The position numbers were made by a program, and so were the translations under genes. A stretch of 64,000 bases of DNA from Chthoniobacterales bacterium (GTDB taxonomy: Bacteria; Verrucomicrobiota; Verrucomicrobiia; Chthoniobacterales; Chthoniobacteraceae): NCBI GenBank assembly GCA_038207335.1, contig JBBQZX010000005.1, positions 96,001 through 160,000 of the forward strand. The letters run 5' to 3'. Each line of letters begins with the position of its first letter. The first letter of the stretch is position 1. The notes below the pieces were generated by a model. It worked only from the letters and a program-made list of their open reading frames with translations, made no database searches and had not been told where the DNA came from. Positions 52,768-62,881 of this stretch are shown piece by piece.

Positions 52768-52873
52768 CGCGTAGAAGCGGTGCGAATTGAAATCACGTTT
52801 GCCATCCCGCGCACTCTGCCGCTACCCTCCGCCCCCTTCCAAACGGAAAATCCAGAAATCGCCTAACACCCTT

Positions 52874-54301
52874 ATGTCCACGAACGCCACTTGTGATATC
52901 GGCCTCATCGGCCTCGCCGTGATGGGCGAAAATCTCGTCCTCAACATGGAGTCGAAAGGCTTCACCGTCGCCGTCTTTAACCGCACCACTTCGGTCACCG
53001 AGAAATTCGGCGCGGGCCGCGGCGCGGGGAAAAACTTCGTCATCGCGAAAACGCTCGAGGAGTTCGTGGGCGCGCTGAAACGGCCGCGCAAGGCGCAGAT
53101 CATGGTGAAAGCCGGCGCGCCCGTGGACGCCGTCATCGAGCAACTCATCCCGCTGCTCGAGTCCGGCGACATCATCATCGACGGCGGCAACTCGCTGTGG
53201 ACCGACACGCAGCGCCGCGAGAAGTATCTCAAGGAAAAGGGCATCCACTTCTTCGGCGTCGGCGTCTCCGGCGGCGAGGAAGGCGCGCTGAAAGGCCCGT
53301 CGATCATGCCCGGCGGCTCGGCGGAGGGATGGAAAAGCATCGCGCCGATTTACACGAAGATCGCCGCGGTGGCCGAGGGCGAGCCGTGCTGCCGCCACAT
53401 GGGACCGGACGGCGCGGGCCACTACGTGAAGATGGTCCACAACGGCATTGAGTACGGCGACATGCAGCTCATCTGCGAAGCCTACGCGATCCTCAAGGCC
53501 ACCATCGCGCCGACCGCGGAGGAGTTCGCGCAAATTTTCTCCGACTGGAACAAAGGCGAGCTCAACAGCTTCCTCATCGAAATCACCGCGAACATTTTCA
53601 CCAAAATTGACCCCGAGACGGGCAAGCCGCTCGTCGAACTGATCCTCGACAAGGCCGGCCAAAAGGGCACTGGCAAATGGACCGTGGGCCACTCGATCGA
53701 GATGGGTGTGCCGCTCAGCGTCATCGGCAGTGCGGTCGAGGCGCGCATTCTTTCCTCGATGAAAGATGAGCGCGTCGAGGCGAGTAAAGTCCTGCCCGGG
53801 CCTGATGTGAAGCCATTCTCCGGCGATCGCGCGGCGCTCATCGCGGCGGTGAAAGACGCGCTCTTCGCGAGTAAAATCATCAGCTACGCGCAGGGCTTTG
53901 TGCAGCTCGGCGTGGCGGGCAAGCTCTACGACTGGAACCTCAACTTCGGCGACATCGCCTCGATCTGGCGCGGCGGCTGCATCATTCGCGCGAGCTTTTT
54001 GAACGACATCACCGCCGCGTATCGCCGCGACCCGGCGCTGAAAAATCTGATCCTCGATCCGTTCTTCCGCGACATCATCCTGCGCGCGCAGGCGAACTGG
54101 CGCACCGCCGTCCAGACCGCCATCGGCGCGGGCGTCGCGGTGCCGGCGTTCTCCGCCGCGCTCGCGTATTTCGACAGCTACCGGCAGGCGCGCCTCCCGG
54201 CGAATCTGCTGCAAGCGCAGCGCGACTACTTCGGTTCGCACACCTTTGAGCGCATCGACAAGCCCGACGCCGGCTTCACTCACTTCGAGTGGATCGGCTG
54301 A
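52874..54301 (+). CDS. gnd: NADP-dependent 6-phosphogluconate dehydrogenase
   Basis: GLAVMG, VSGGEEGA, KMVHNGIEY, QKGTG, WRGGCIIR, QRDYFG. Confidence 0.98.
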   Translation: MSTNATCDIGLIGLAVMGENLVLNMESKGFTVAVFNRTTSVTEKFGAGRGAGKNFVIAKTLEEFVGALKRPRKAQIMVKAGAPVDAVIEQLIPLLESGDIIIDGGNSLWTDTQRREKYLKEKGIHFFGVGVSGGEEGALKGPSIMPGGSAEGWKSIAPIYTKIAAVAEGEPCCRHMGPDGAGHYVKMVHNGIEYGDMQLICEAYAILKATIAPTAEEFAQIFSDWNKGELNSFLIEITANIFTKIDPETGKPLVELILDKAGQKGTGKWTVGHSIEMGVPLSVIGSAVEARILSSMKDERVEASKVLPGPDVKPFSGDRAALIAAVKDALFASKIISYAQGFVQLGVAGKLYDWNLNFGDIASIWRGGCIIRASFLNDITAAYRRDPALKNLILDPFFRDIILRAQANWRTAVQTAIGAGVAVPAFSAALAYFDSYRQARLPANLLQAQRDYFGSHTFERIDKPDAGFTHFEWIG

Positions 54302-54325
54302 GGCACTTCATGTTCCTTGGTTGGG

Positions 54326-54361
54326 AAAGGGCGCGGCACTTCAGTGTGCCGCGCCCTTTTT
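54326..54361 (+). terminator. Rho-independent terminator after gnd
   Basis: Stem AAAGGGCGCGGCAC / GTGCCGCGCCCTTT, 6-nt loop, T tail. Confidence 0.85.
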
Positions 54362-54504
54362 GCTGCCTTTGTGCGGCGGGAGGGGTTCATCCGGGCCGGG
54401 AATTGTAGTTTGGGGAAGTGGGGGGTGTTGAGATTTGACGGGGCCGAGGTGGCGAGGTGTTTAAATATCGGCAAATACTGCGTAAGTCGTTGAAGATCAC
54501 GACA

Positions 54505-54759
54505 CCTCGACGGCATCCGGTGGGGCCTCGACGGCATATTTTTGTCGAAAAACGATTTCGGAGCCCTGTCGGATTCCGTCAGCGCCTTACCGGATGCCGT
54601 CGAGGCCGCGCGGGATGTTGGCGGTGTGGCGGGGGATGCCGGCGGTGGGAGGCGGGATGTCGGCGGGGTGAAGATCGCCGCTATCGAGGTGTCGCGGGAT
54701 GGCGTCGGCGGGGCGGCGTTTGCCGTAGGAGGGGGACGGGATGCCGTCGGGGTGGGGAG
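54505..54759. repeat. 21-bp-period repeat array: 9 direct units plus 2 inverted units
   Basis: Core GGATGCCGTCGAGG-like starts at 54571, 54592, 54613, 54634, 54655, 54676, 54697, 54718 and 54739. Inverted CCTCGACGGCAT at 54505 and 54526. Confidence 0.85.
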
Positions 54760-56664
54760 CTAGGGGCCGTCGCGGAGGGCTTCGAGCTCCTGCCAGCGGA
54801 GGTAGAGGGCGGCGATGTGGTGGCGCTTGGCGTCGAGTTCGGCTTCGAAGGTGCGCCATTCGGCGCCGTGTTCGGCGTAGAATTTGGGGTCGGCGAGTTT
54901 GGTTTCGAGGGCGGTGTGGGCTTCTTCGGCGGCGAGGATGGCGGTTTCCATGCCTTCGAGTTCACGCTGTTCTTTCCATTTGAGTTTGCGGGCTTTGGCG
55001 GGGGGGGGGGCAGAGGTGTTTGTAAGGGAGGCGGGTGCGGCGTTGGCGGGAGTGGGCGGAGCGGATGGCGAGGGGCGCGCGGCTTGGGACTGGGCGCGCT
55101 TTTCGAGATAGCGGTCGTAGTTTCCGACGTGGAAATCGACTCGGCCATCGGGCTCGAAGGCGAGGGTGGCGGTGCAGACGCGGTTGAGGAAATAGCGGTC
55201 GTGGCTGACGACGAGGACGCTGCCTTTGAAGCAGAGGAGGGCTTCCTCGAGGAGGCGGAGGGTGCCGAGGTCGAGGTCGTTGGTGGGTTCGTCGAGGATG
55301 AGGACGTTGCCGCCGCGCTTGAGGATTTTTGCCAGGAGGACGCGGCTGCGTTCGCCGCCGCTGAGGAGGCCGATGCGGGTGCCGATGCGGTCGTCGGTGA
55401 AGAGGAAGCGACGGAGGTAGGCGCGGAGGGAGATATTCTCCTCGCCGAGGCGGACCCATTCGATGCCTTCGCCGACTTCGTCGTAGATGCTTTTGTCGTC
55501 GTCGAGCTGGACGCGGTTTTGGTCGATGTAGTTGATTTCCGTGCGTGCGCCGATTTCGACTTCGCCGGCGGCGGGCGGGATTTCGCCGAGGATGATTTTG
55601 AGGAGGGTGGATTTGCCGAGACCGTTGCGCCCGACGATGCCGAGGCGCTCGCCGGCCTGGAGGTCGAGGGTGAGATTTTCGAAGAGGACGCGGCCACCCG
55701 GGATGGCGGCGGAGAGCTCGCGGAGCTGGATGACTCGGTTGCCGAGTTTGGGCGCGGGCGGGATGATGAGTTCGACGTCGAGCTCCTGCTCGGGGGCTTC
55801 CTGGCCGGCCATTTCAAAGTAGCGCTCGACGCGGTCAACGCTCTTGGTGCGGCGGGCGCTGGGACGACGGCGGACCCACTCGAGTTCGCGTTTTAGGAAG
55901 CGTTCGCGTTTGTGTTCCTGCTGTTCCTCGACGGCTTGGCGCTGGGCTTTGGCAATGAGGAAGTCGCTGTAATTTCCCTCGAATGAGGCAAATGCGCCGC
56001 GCGCGAGCTCGACGATGCGGGTGGCGATGCGGTCGAGGAAGTAGCGGTCGTGGGTGACGAAGAGGCAGGTGCCTTCGTAGCGGGAGAGGAAGTCCTCGAG
56101 CCACTCGATGGAGCCGGTGTCGAGATGGTTGGTGGGCTCGTCGAGGATGAGGAGGTCGGGGCGGGCGAGGAGGGCGCGGCAGAGTGCGACGCGGCGTTTT
56201 TCGCCGCCGGAGAGGGTGCCGACGATGCGGGCGGGGTCGGGGGCGTGGAGATTGGTGAGGAGGCTTTTGGCGCGATGCTCGAGATTCCAGCCGTCGAGGT
56301 GGTGGATGCGGTCGAGGAGGAGGGCGCTGCGTGGGCTGTCGCTGGGGGTGGTCTCGTATTCGGCGATGAAGTCGAGGGCCACTTGGGCGCCGGTGAGGAC
56401 GGCGGCGTGGACGTCCGCGGTGTCGTCGAGGTCGAAGACTTGGGGGAGGTATCCGGTGATGAGGTCGCGCTTGCGGGAGAATGCGCCGTCGTCGGGATCG
56501 AGGGAGCCAGCGGCGATGCGGAGGAAGGTGGATTTTCCGCAGCCGTTGCGCCCGACGAGGCCGATGCGCTCGCCCTCGTGGATGGTGAGGGTGGCGCGGT
56601 CGAGGATGGTCTGTGTGCCGTAGCGGACGGTGAGTTCGCTGGCGGATGCGATTGAGTTGAGCAT
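54760..56664 (-). CDS. ABC-F family ATPase (Uup-like)
   Basis: Two NBDs (GRNGCGKS, GRNGLGKS; LSGGE; DEPTN), no TM segments, C-terminal 'KLKWKEQREL' coiled-coil domain. Confidence 0.93.
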   Translation of the reverse strand: MLNSIASASELTVRYGTQTILDRATLTIHEGERIGLVGRNGCGKSTFLRIAAGSLDPDDGAFSRKRDLITGYLPQVFDLDDTADVHAAVLTGAQVALDFIAEYETTPSDSPRSALLLDRIHHLDGWNLEHRAKSLLTNLHAPDPARIVGTLSGGEKRRVALCRALLARPDLLILDEPTNHLDTGSIEWLEDFLSRYEGTCLFVTHDRYFLDRIATRIVELARGAFASFEGNYSDFLIAKAQRQAVEEQQEHKRERFLKRELEWVRRRPSARRTKSVDRVERYFEMAGQEAPEQELDVELIIPPAPKLGNRVIQLRELSAAIPGGRVLFENLTLDLQAGERLGIVGRNGLGKSTLLKIILGEIPPAAGEVEIGARTEINYIDQNRVQLDDDKSIYDEVGEGIEWVRLGEENISLRAYLRRFLFTDDRIGTRIGLLSGGERSRVLLAKILKRGGNVLILDEPTNDLDLGTLRLLEEALLCFKGSVLVVSHDRYFLNRVCTATLAFEPDGRVDFHVGNYDRYLEKRAQSQAARPSPSAPPTPANAAPASLTNTSAPPPAKARKLKWKEQRELEGMETAILAAEEAHTALETKLADPKFYAEHGAEWRTFEAELDAKRHHIAALYLRWQELEALRDGP

Positions 56665-56739
56665 GAAGGTTTAGCGTTTGCGCGGGCGTGTGGAGCCGGG
56701 CGCGCGCGGCTTTAACCGCAAAACGCGGAATGCCAAACG

Positions 56740-58329
56740 CTAAACAGTCCGCGCCAGGGCTTCGCGGATGTTGGTGACGAGGCTGTCGAACTCGACGGGC
56801 TTGGTGAGGTGCTTCACGAAGCCGGCGTCGAGGGCGCGCTGGACGTCCTCATCCATGCCGAAGCCGCTGAGGGCGATGCCGCTGAGGCGGTAGGTCTCGC
56901 GAAGCTCGCGCATGAGGTCGTGGCCGGTGCCGTCGGGGAGACCGAGGTCGCTGATGACGAGGCCGAACGCGCGGGAGCGACCGCCATCGTCGAGGGCGTT
57001 GTGCGCGGCAAGGGCGGCGGCTTTGGCTTGGGCGACGCTGGAGGCTACGGTGACGTGGTATCCGCGGCGGCGGAGCATGCGGGCCATGACGTTCGCGGTG
57101 TCCGAGTGGTCCTCGACGAGGAGGAGGTGGGCGAGCGAGTCGGCGGCACCGTCGCTGGAGACGCGTTCGGTTTTCGGAGCGGCCGCGGGCACCGGTGCGG
57201 CGTCCTCCACGAGCGGGAGGCGGACGGTGAAAGTGGCGCCCTGACCTTTGCCGGCGCTGGCCGCAGTGATGGTGCCGCCATGCAAATCGATGATCGCTTT
57301 CCCGATGGCGAGGCCGAGGCCGAGGCCGCCGAACTGCCGGGTGACTCCGCGCCCGCCTTGCTCGAACGCGCCGAAGATCGTGGGCAGAACTTCGGGCTCG
57401 ATGCCGATGCCCGTGTCGGTGATTTCGACGACGAGCCAGAGGCGCTTCTCGTCTCTTTTTTCGAAACGAGTGCGCACCCATGTCTGACCGCCGACGGGGG
57501 TGAATTTGATGGCGTTCTTGAGCAGATTCCAAAAGACCTGCGTGAGTCGCGCGGGGTCGCCGTGGACGATGTGCGGGCGCTCCGAGAGGTCTTCGTGGCA
57601 GACGATGAAGCGCTCGGCGGCCTCGTGGACGCAACAGGTTTTGACGGCGTGCTGGATGATGCCGCGGAGGTCCACGTAATCCAGACGCAGCTCGAGCTTG
57701 CCGCGGACGATGCGTGTCACGTCGAGCAGGTCGTCGATGAGACGCGCCTCGAGCTCGATGTTGCGCATGATGGTCGTCATGTCCTCGCGCACGTCCTGCG
57801 GGAGGCGTTCGTCTCGCTGCATGGCGGAGACGAGCGCGAGCACCGGGGTGAGCGGCGTGCGCAGTTCGTGGCTGAGCGTGGCGAGAAAGTCGTCTTTTGC
57901 GCGGCTGGCGGTGCGCGCTTCGTGCAGCTCCCGCTGGTCGCGGACTTGCTGGATGACGCCCTCGACGGTCGGGACGACGAGTTCCATGAAGTTCGGCGTC
58001 TTTAAAATGTAGTCGCGCACGCCTGCGCGCAGGGCTTCGACCAGCCGTTGCTCGTCGCTGAATGCAGTCATCAGGATCGCCGCGATCTCACGCCCTTCTT
58101 TTTGGAGTTCGCTGTAAAACTCCACGCCCGTTTTTCCTTCGCCGAGATTGTAGTCGAGCAGGAGGAGGTCGAATGGCTCCGCCGCGAGTTTCGTCCGGGC
58201 TGCCGCGGTGGTGGCGGCGGATTCGGTGTGGAAGCCAGCGCGCTCGAGCTGGCGACTCACGAGGCGGCTGATGCCCGGGTCGTCTTCGAGCAGGAGGACG
58301 CGGCCTCGCGCTCCATCGGGGAGGCTCAT
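56740..58329 (-). CDS. Hybrid histidine kinase (REC-HisKA-HATPase-REC)
   Basis: N-terminal REC 'LLLEDD', 'SHELRTPL', 'NLLKNAIKFT', GLGLGL, C-terminal REC. Confidence 0.93.
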   Translation of the reverse strand: MSLPDGARGRVLLLEDDPGISRLVSRQLERAGFHTESAATTAAARTKLAAEPFDLLLLDYNLGEGKTGVEFYSELQKEGREIAAILMTAFSDEQRLVEALRAGVRDYILKTPNFMELVVPTVEGVIQQVRDQRELHEARTASRAKDDFLATLSHELRTPLTPVLALVSAMQRDERLPQDVREDMTTIMRNIELEARLIDDLLDVTRIVRGKLELRLDYVDLRGIIQHAVKTCCVHEAAERFIVCHEDLSERPHIVHGDPARLTQVFWNLLKNAIKFTPVGGQTWVRTRFEKRDEKRLWLVVEITDTGIGIEPEVLPTIFGAFEQGGRGVTRQFGGLGLGLAIGKAIIDLHGGTITAASAGKGQGATFTVRLPLVEDAAPVPAAAPKTERVSSDGAADSLAHLLLVEDHSDTANVMARMLRRRGYHVTVASSVAQAKAAALAAHNALDDGGRSRAFGLVISDLGLPDGTGHDLMRELRETYRLSGIALSGFGMDEDVQRALDAGFVKHLTKPVEFDSLVTNIREALARTV

Positions 58330-58787
58330 GCCGTGGTGCCGTGACCGTTGCCGTTGCGCGGGCGTTTCACGATCTGGAGGAAGAGACCGAGGCGCTTGAT
58401 GGCCTCGACGAAGTTTTCGTAATCGACCGGCTTGGTGATGTACACGTTGCAACCAAGCTCGTAGCAGCGGTCGATCTCGCGCGGGTCGTCGGTGGTGGTC
58501 AGCATGATGACTGGGATCGCGCGCGTCAGCTCATTCGCCTTGATCTGGCGCAGCGCCTCGATGCCGTCGATGCGCGGCATATTGATATCGAGCAGCACGA
58601 TGAAATCGTCGCTCACCACGCGCCCCTCGTGCGCGCCCTTGCCGTGCAGGTAGTCGAGCAGCTCCTGCCCATCAGTCACATGCACGATGCCATTCTCGAC
58701 GCCCGCGCGCTCGAGGTTCCTGCGCACGAGATTCGCGTGACCTTCGTCGTCTTCGGCGAGAATGATCGTTGGGGCGGCGTTGCTCAT
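58326..58787 (-). CDS. Single-domain response regulator (Rcp1-like)
   Basis: 'ILAEDD', 'LLDINMP..DG', 'CYELGCNVYITKPVD'. Confidence 0.93.
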   Translation of the reverse strand: MSNAAPTIILAEDDEGHANLVRRNLERAGVENGIVHVTDGQELLDYLHGKGAHEGRVVSDDFIVLLDINMPRIDGIEALRQIKANELTRAIPVIMLTTTDDPREIDRCYELGCNVYITKPVDYENFVEAIKRLGLFLQIVKRPRNGNGHGTTA

Positions 58788-58793
58788 AAAAAA

Positions 58794-60449
58794 TCAGTTG
58801 GCGACTTTAACGCTTTCTTTCTTCGGGGCAATCACCAGCGGCGAACTTTCGGCGCTCATCGGCAGCGAGAAAAAGAACGTCGAGCCGACGCCTTCCTCCG
58901 ATTCGACCCAAAGCTCGCCGCCGTGCCGCTCCACCATCCGGCGCACGAGCGGCAGCCCGATTCCCTCTCCTGGCGCGAGATGCGCATGGAGCCGCTGGAA
59001 GACGGCGAACACCTTCGGCAAATGCGCCGCCGGGATGCCGAGCCCGTTGTCTTTGACGTAAAAAATGTGGCGCTGTTTCGGATTCGGATCCTCCACCGGC
59101 ATGCATCCGACTTCGATCTCACCGGGCCTCTGCGAGTCCAAGTAGTTCACCGCGTTTCCGATCAGGTTTGCGAGGATTTGCTCGACCGCCGTCGGGTCCG
59201 CCCACGCCGCCGGCATCGGCAGCACCGTGATCTTCGCTCCGCGCGACTGGATCGTGACGCGCATGGCCGCAAGGATGCGCTCGACCACAGGCGCCAAGTC
59301 CACCGGCTCTGGCCGATACTCGATCCGCCCGATGCGCGAGAGCCGCAGAAGCGCATCGATGATCGCCGAGAGCCGCGCGACCGCAGTCTGGATAAAGTGA
59401 ATCGACTCGCCGATGTCGCGCTCCACGAGCGCCCGCGCGCGATCCCGCGCAGCCTCCGAGAGATCGCTCTCGAAGAGCCCCTTCAAATCCCCACGGATCA
59501 GGCCGAGCTCTTTGCTGAAGCCCTGCAAATTCACCAGCGGCGAGCGCAGGTCATGCGAGACGCTGTAAACGAACATCTCGTTTTCCTGGCTCTTCAGATC
59601 GAGGTCGCGATTCGCCCGGGTGAGTTCCTCATTGCGCCGCTCGAGCACCTCCAGAAACACGCGTTCCTTCTGCCTCGCACGCGCGAGGTCGGCGGACATG
59701 GCGTGGAAATTTTCATCCAGCTCGGTGATCTCATCCCGCCCGCCGACACGCTCCACCAGCGCCTCGCCGCGCGCGATCCGCACCGTGTTTGCCGTCAGCA
59801 CTTTCAGCCTCCGACTGATCCCGCGCCCGAAAAGCGCCGCACACGCCGCGCCGATGATGACATTTAGCGTGAGCCCGCCCACGAGCAGCCAGTTTTGCAG
59901 CGCACTCGATCGCGTGAGTGCTGCCATCCGCACCATGTCCAGATTCTGTTCGCTCTTGCGGAATTTGTCGAACTCGCCCGTCAGGTCCTGCATCAGGTCC
60001 GCGCCGTGCAGCGTCGCGATCGTCTTAATCGCCTCCTCCCGTTGTCCCGCCTTGACCAGTTCGATGAGCTGCCGCTCGTAGTCGATCAGGTCTACGCTTC
60101 GCTTCGAGATCGTGCGCCAACGTGCGAGCTGCGGGGGATTGTCGCTCACCAGACCGCCCAGCTCAGCGATCTCGAATTCCACCTCCACGCGCACTCGCGT
60201 CGCGTCATCTGCAAAGAGTGCATTGTCCGTCACCACGAATCCTCGCACGTCCGCCAGAGTCGTCTGCACCAGCGAAAAAACGTGGTCGAGATGAAGCAAC
60301 ACCTCCTTGGTATGCACCGCCGCGCGCTGTGCCTCGTTGTGCTGCGACTGCCGCTTCAGCAGCATCCCAATGAAAAGCGCCTGATACAAAAGCGGCAGCG
60401 CGATGAGCAGCAGCCCCTTCCCCATGATCGTGATTCGGCGCTTCGTCAT
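58794..60449 (-). CDS. CHASE3-HAMP sensor histidine kinase
   Basis: TM-'VHTKEVL...RGF...LVSDNP.Q'-TM, HAMP 'RDEI', 'SHDLRSPL', GIGL. Confidence 0.92.
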   Translation of the reverse strand: MTKRRITIMGKGLLLIALPLLYQALFIGMLLKRQSQHNEAQRAAVHTKEVLLHLDHVFSLVQTTLADVRGFVVTDNALFADDATRVRVEVEFEIAELGGLVSDNPPQLARWRTISKRSVDLIDYERQLIELVKAGQREEAIKTIATLHGADLMQDLTGEFDKFRKSEQNLDMVRMAALTRSSALQNWLLVGGLTLNVIIGAACAALFGRGISRRLKVLTANTVRIARGEALVERVGGRDEITELDENFHAMSADLARARQKERVFLEVLERRNEELTRANRDLDLKSQENEMFVYSVSHDLRSPLVNLQGFSKELGLIRGDLKGLFESDLSEAARDRARALVERDIGESIHFIQTAVARLSAIIDALLRLSRIGRIEYRPEPVDLAPVVERILAAMRVTIQSRGAKITVLPMPAAWADPTAVEQILANLIGNAVNYLDSQRPGEIEVGCMPVEDPNPKQRHIFYVKDNGLGIPAAHLPKVFAVFQRLHAHLAPGEGIGLPLVRRMVERHGGELWVESEEGVGSTFFFSLPMSAESSPLVIAPKKESVKVAN

Positions 60450-60552
60450 TTCGGAAAAGAATCGCGCACCGTCGCCGCTCGCGTGTCCATCCGCCACATA
60501 TTCATTCGTTCCCGGCTCGACGCTTCGCGCACCGCTTCGGCATCCTTTTCCC

Positions 60553-61692
60553 ATGCAGGTCCCGCTCCTCGATCTCCGCCTCCAATACGCGCCGCTCAAA
60601 TCTCAAATCCTCGCCGAGATCGAGCAAGTCGCCGACTCACAGGGACTCATCCTCGGCCCCCGCGTCGAGGCGTTTGAAAAGTCCGTCGCCGACTACTGCG
60701 GCGTGCCTCACGCCATCGGCGTCTCTTCCGGCACCGACGCGCAACTTGTCCTCCTCATGGCCCTGGGCATCGGCCCTGGCGACATCGTCCTCACCACGCC
60801 CTACACATTCTTCGCCACCGCCGGCTGCGTCGCCCGGCTCGGCGCGCGTCCGGTCTTCGTCGATATCGACCCTGCGACCTACAACATCTCCGTCCCCGCC
60901 CTCGAAGCTGCTCTGGCACAGCATCCGCAGGCGAAAGCCATCATTCCCGTCCATCTTTTCGGCTGCTGCGCCGATATGGCCGCCATCGTTGCTTTGGGAA
61001 AAAAACATGGCATCCCGGTGCTCGAAGACGCCGCGCAAGCGCTCGGTGCGCGGCATCCGCTCGGTGCCGCCGGAGCCATCGGGGAAGCCGGCTGGTTCTC
61101 ATTTTATCCCACGAAAAATCTCGGCGCATTTGGCGACGCCGGCATGGTCGTATGCCACGACGACGCACTCGCGGCGAAAATGAAAGCGCTGCGCAACCAC
61201 GGCATGGAGCCGCGCTATTTCCACAAGTGGCTCGGCGGCAATTTCCGCATCGACGCCATCCAAGCCGCCGTCCTCCAGATCAAGCTCCCGCACCTCGACA
61301 CTTGGGGTGCCGGACGCCGCGCCCGCGCCGCATTTTACCGCGAAGAATTCGCCCGCCTCGGCCTGCTCGAAACCCTCACGCTCCCCATCGAGCCGTGGGC
61401 CGGCAGCGGCTTGGAAAATCATCACATCTACAACCAATTCGTCATCCGCACTCCGCGCCGCGACGACCTGCGCCTGCATCTCCAAGCTGCCGGCATCGGC
61501 AGCGAAATTTACTACCCGCTCCCGCTCCACCTCCAAGAATGCTTCCGCGACCTGGGCTATTCCGAAGGCGACTTTCCCGAGTCCGAGCGCGCCTCCCTCG
61601 AAACCCTCGCACTCCCCATTTTCCCCGAACTCACCGAACCTCAGCAGCTCTACGTAGCCGAGCAAATCGCCGCCTTTCACGCCCGCGCCTAA
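60553..61692 (+). CDS. DegT/DnrJ/EryC1/StrS family PLP sugar aminotransferase
   Basis: 'SSGTDA', 'EDAAQA', 'SFYPTKNLGAFGD.G', 'GGNFR.D..QAA'. Confidence 0.95.
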   Translation: MQVPLLDLRLQYAPLKSQILAEIEQVADSQGLILGPRVEAFEKSVADYCGVPHAIGVSSGTDAQLVLLMALGIGPGDIVLTTPYTFFATAGCVARLGARPVFVDIDPATYNISVPALEAALAQHPQAKAIIPVHLFGCCADMAAIVALGKKHGIPVLEDAAQALGARHPLGAAGAIGEAGWFSFYPTKNLGAFGDAGMVVCHDDALAAKMKALRNHGMEPRYFHKWLGGNFRIDAIQAAVLQIKLPHLDTWGAGRRARAAFYREEFARLGLLETLTLPIEPWAGSGLENHHIYNQFVIRTPRRDDLRLHLQAAGIGSEIYYPLPLHLQECFRDLGYSEGDFPESERASLETLALPIFPELTEPQQLYVAEQIAAFHARA

Positions 61693-61714
61693 TAGCGGGC
61701 TGTGGGATGGAGTA

Positions 61715-61779
61715 TTAAAACAGGAAAAGAGAAAATGGGCCCAAAAGCGCATTCCTTTTTCCCTGTTCTCCTGCTTAAA
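61715..61779. repeat. Imperfect purine/pyrimidine palindrome (REP-like)
   Basis: 'ttaaaacaggaaaagagaaaatg'...'cattcctttttccctgttctcctgcttaaa'. Confidence 0.45.
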
Positions 61780-61840
61780 CCGTCGCGAAGCCTCACGGCT
61801 GGCCCTTTCTCCACGGGCCGATTTCCCCCATACCCGCTCT

Positions 61841-62881
61841 ATGAAACGCACCCTCCGCCTCCTCACCCTCCTCTGCGTCCTCGGCCTCACCGCCCGCGCC
61901 GCTGACAACTCCCCGCAAAACCCCGCTTCCGACGGCGACGGCGAATTCACCGTCGGCCCCGACTACAGCACCGACAAAGACCTCACCGACCTCGGCAACC
62001 CGAAAGGCAAGCTGTTCGAGTTCAAAATGAAGCTCGCGGACAGCAAGATTTTCCGCGGCGACGACACGACGCTCGAGCCCGACAAAAAGGCCGTCAACAC
62101 CGACCGCAAAATCTCCGTCTATATCCCGGCCGCCTACAAAGACGGCACCGCCGCGCCGTACCTCATCATCCACGACGGCCCCGGCCCGCTGCCCATGGTC
62201 CGCAACGCCCTCGACAACCTCACCATCTCAAAAGACCCCAACCGCAAGCTCCCCGCCTTCATCGCCATCGCCGTCCAAAATGGCGGCAATGACGGCAAGA
62301 ACAGCGAGCGTGGCCTCGAATACGACACCATGTCCGATCGCCTCGCGCGCTTCATCGTCGAGGAAGTCGTCCCTGCCGTCCTCGCCGACGCGGAGATCAA
62401 AGCCGCTTACCCCAAGCTCGCATTCACGAAAGACCCGTGGGGCCACGCGGTGGAAGGTTGCAGCTCCGGTGCTGCCGCGGCGCTCATCATGGGCTGGGCG
62501 CGGCCCGATCTTTTCCGCCGCATCGCCGCCTACTCCGGCACTTTCGTCGATCAGCAGGACGACGACGCCGCAGAGGAGGCAAAGTATCCGTTCGGTGCGT
62601 GGGAATTTCACTCCGGCATGAAGCTCATCGAAAGCGCCGAGCCGAAGCCCTTGCGCATCTTCACTCACTGCTCCGAAAACGACAACCGCAGCAACGATCC
62701 TGAAGATACCCATCACAACTGGGTGATGGCCGGCAAACGTACCTCCGCCGCCCTCACCGCCAAGGGCTACCACCACCGCTTCGTCTTCAGCAAAGCCACC
62801 GGCCACTGCGACGGGAAAGTCTTCAAGCTCACCCTCGCCGACACGCTCGTCTGGCTCTGGAAAGGCTACAAATCCGAGTAG
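61841..62881 (+). CDS. Secreted Fes-like alpha/beta-hydrolase (putative esterase)
   Basis: Signal peptide; 'R.ISVYIP..Y', 'HDG', 'R.LEYD', GCSSG nucleophile elbow, C-terminal GH. Confidence 0.85.
   Translation: MKRTLRLLTLLCVLGLTARAADNSPQNPASDGDGEFTVGPDYSTDKDLTDLGNPKGKLFEFKMKLADSKIFRGDDTTLEPDKKAVNTDRKISVYIPAAYKDGTAAPYLIIHDGPGPLPMVRNALDNLTISKDPNRKLPAFIAIAVQNGGNDGKNSERGLEYDTMSDRLARFIVEEVVPAVLADAEIKAAYPKLAFTKDPWGHAVEGCSSGAAAALIMGWARPDLFRRIAAYSGTFVDQQDDDAAEEAKYPFGAWEFHSGMKLIESAEPKPLRIFTHCSENDNRSNDPEDTHHNWVMAGKRTSAALTAKGYHHRFVFSKATGHCDGKVFKLTLADTLVWLWKGYKSE

Noticed and set aside
52793..54283. 496-aa antisense ORF over gnd
   Set aside because: Shadow ORF caused by codon bias.
54505..54759. CRISPR array interpretation of the 21-bp repeats
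   Set aside because: Variable parts are only about 7 bp, the repeats are degenerate, and no cas genes are present.
56740..60449. CHASE3 kinase/response regulator/hybrid kinase cluster as a novel system
   Set aside because: This three-gene architecture is common and its motifs look canonical.
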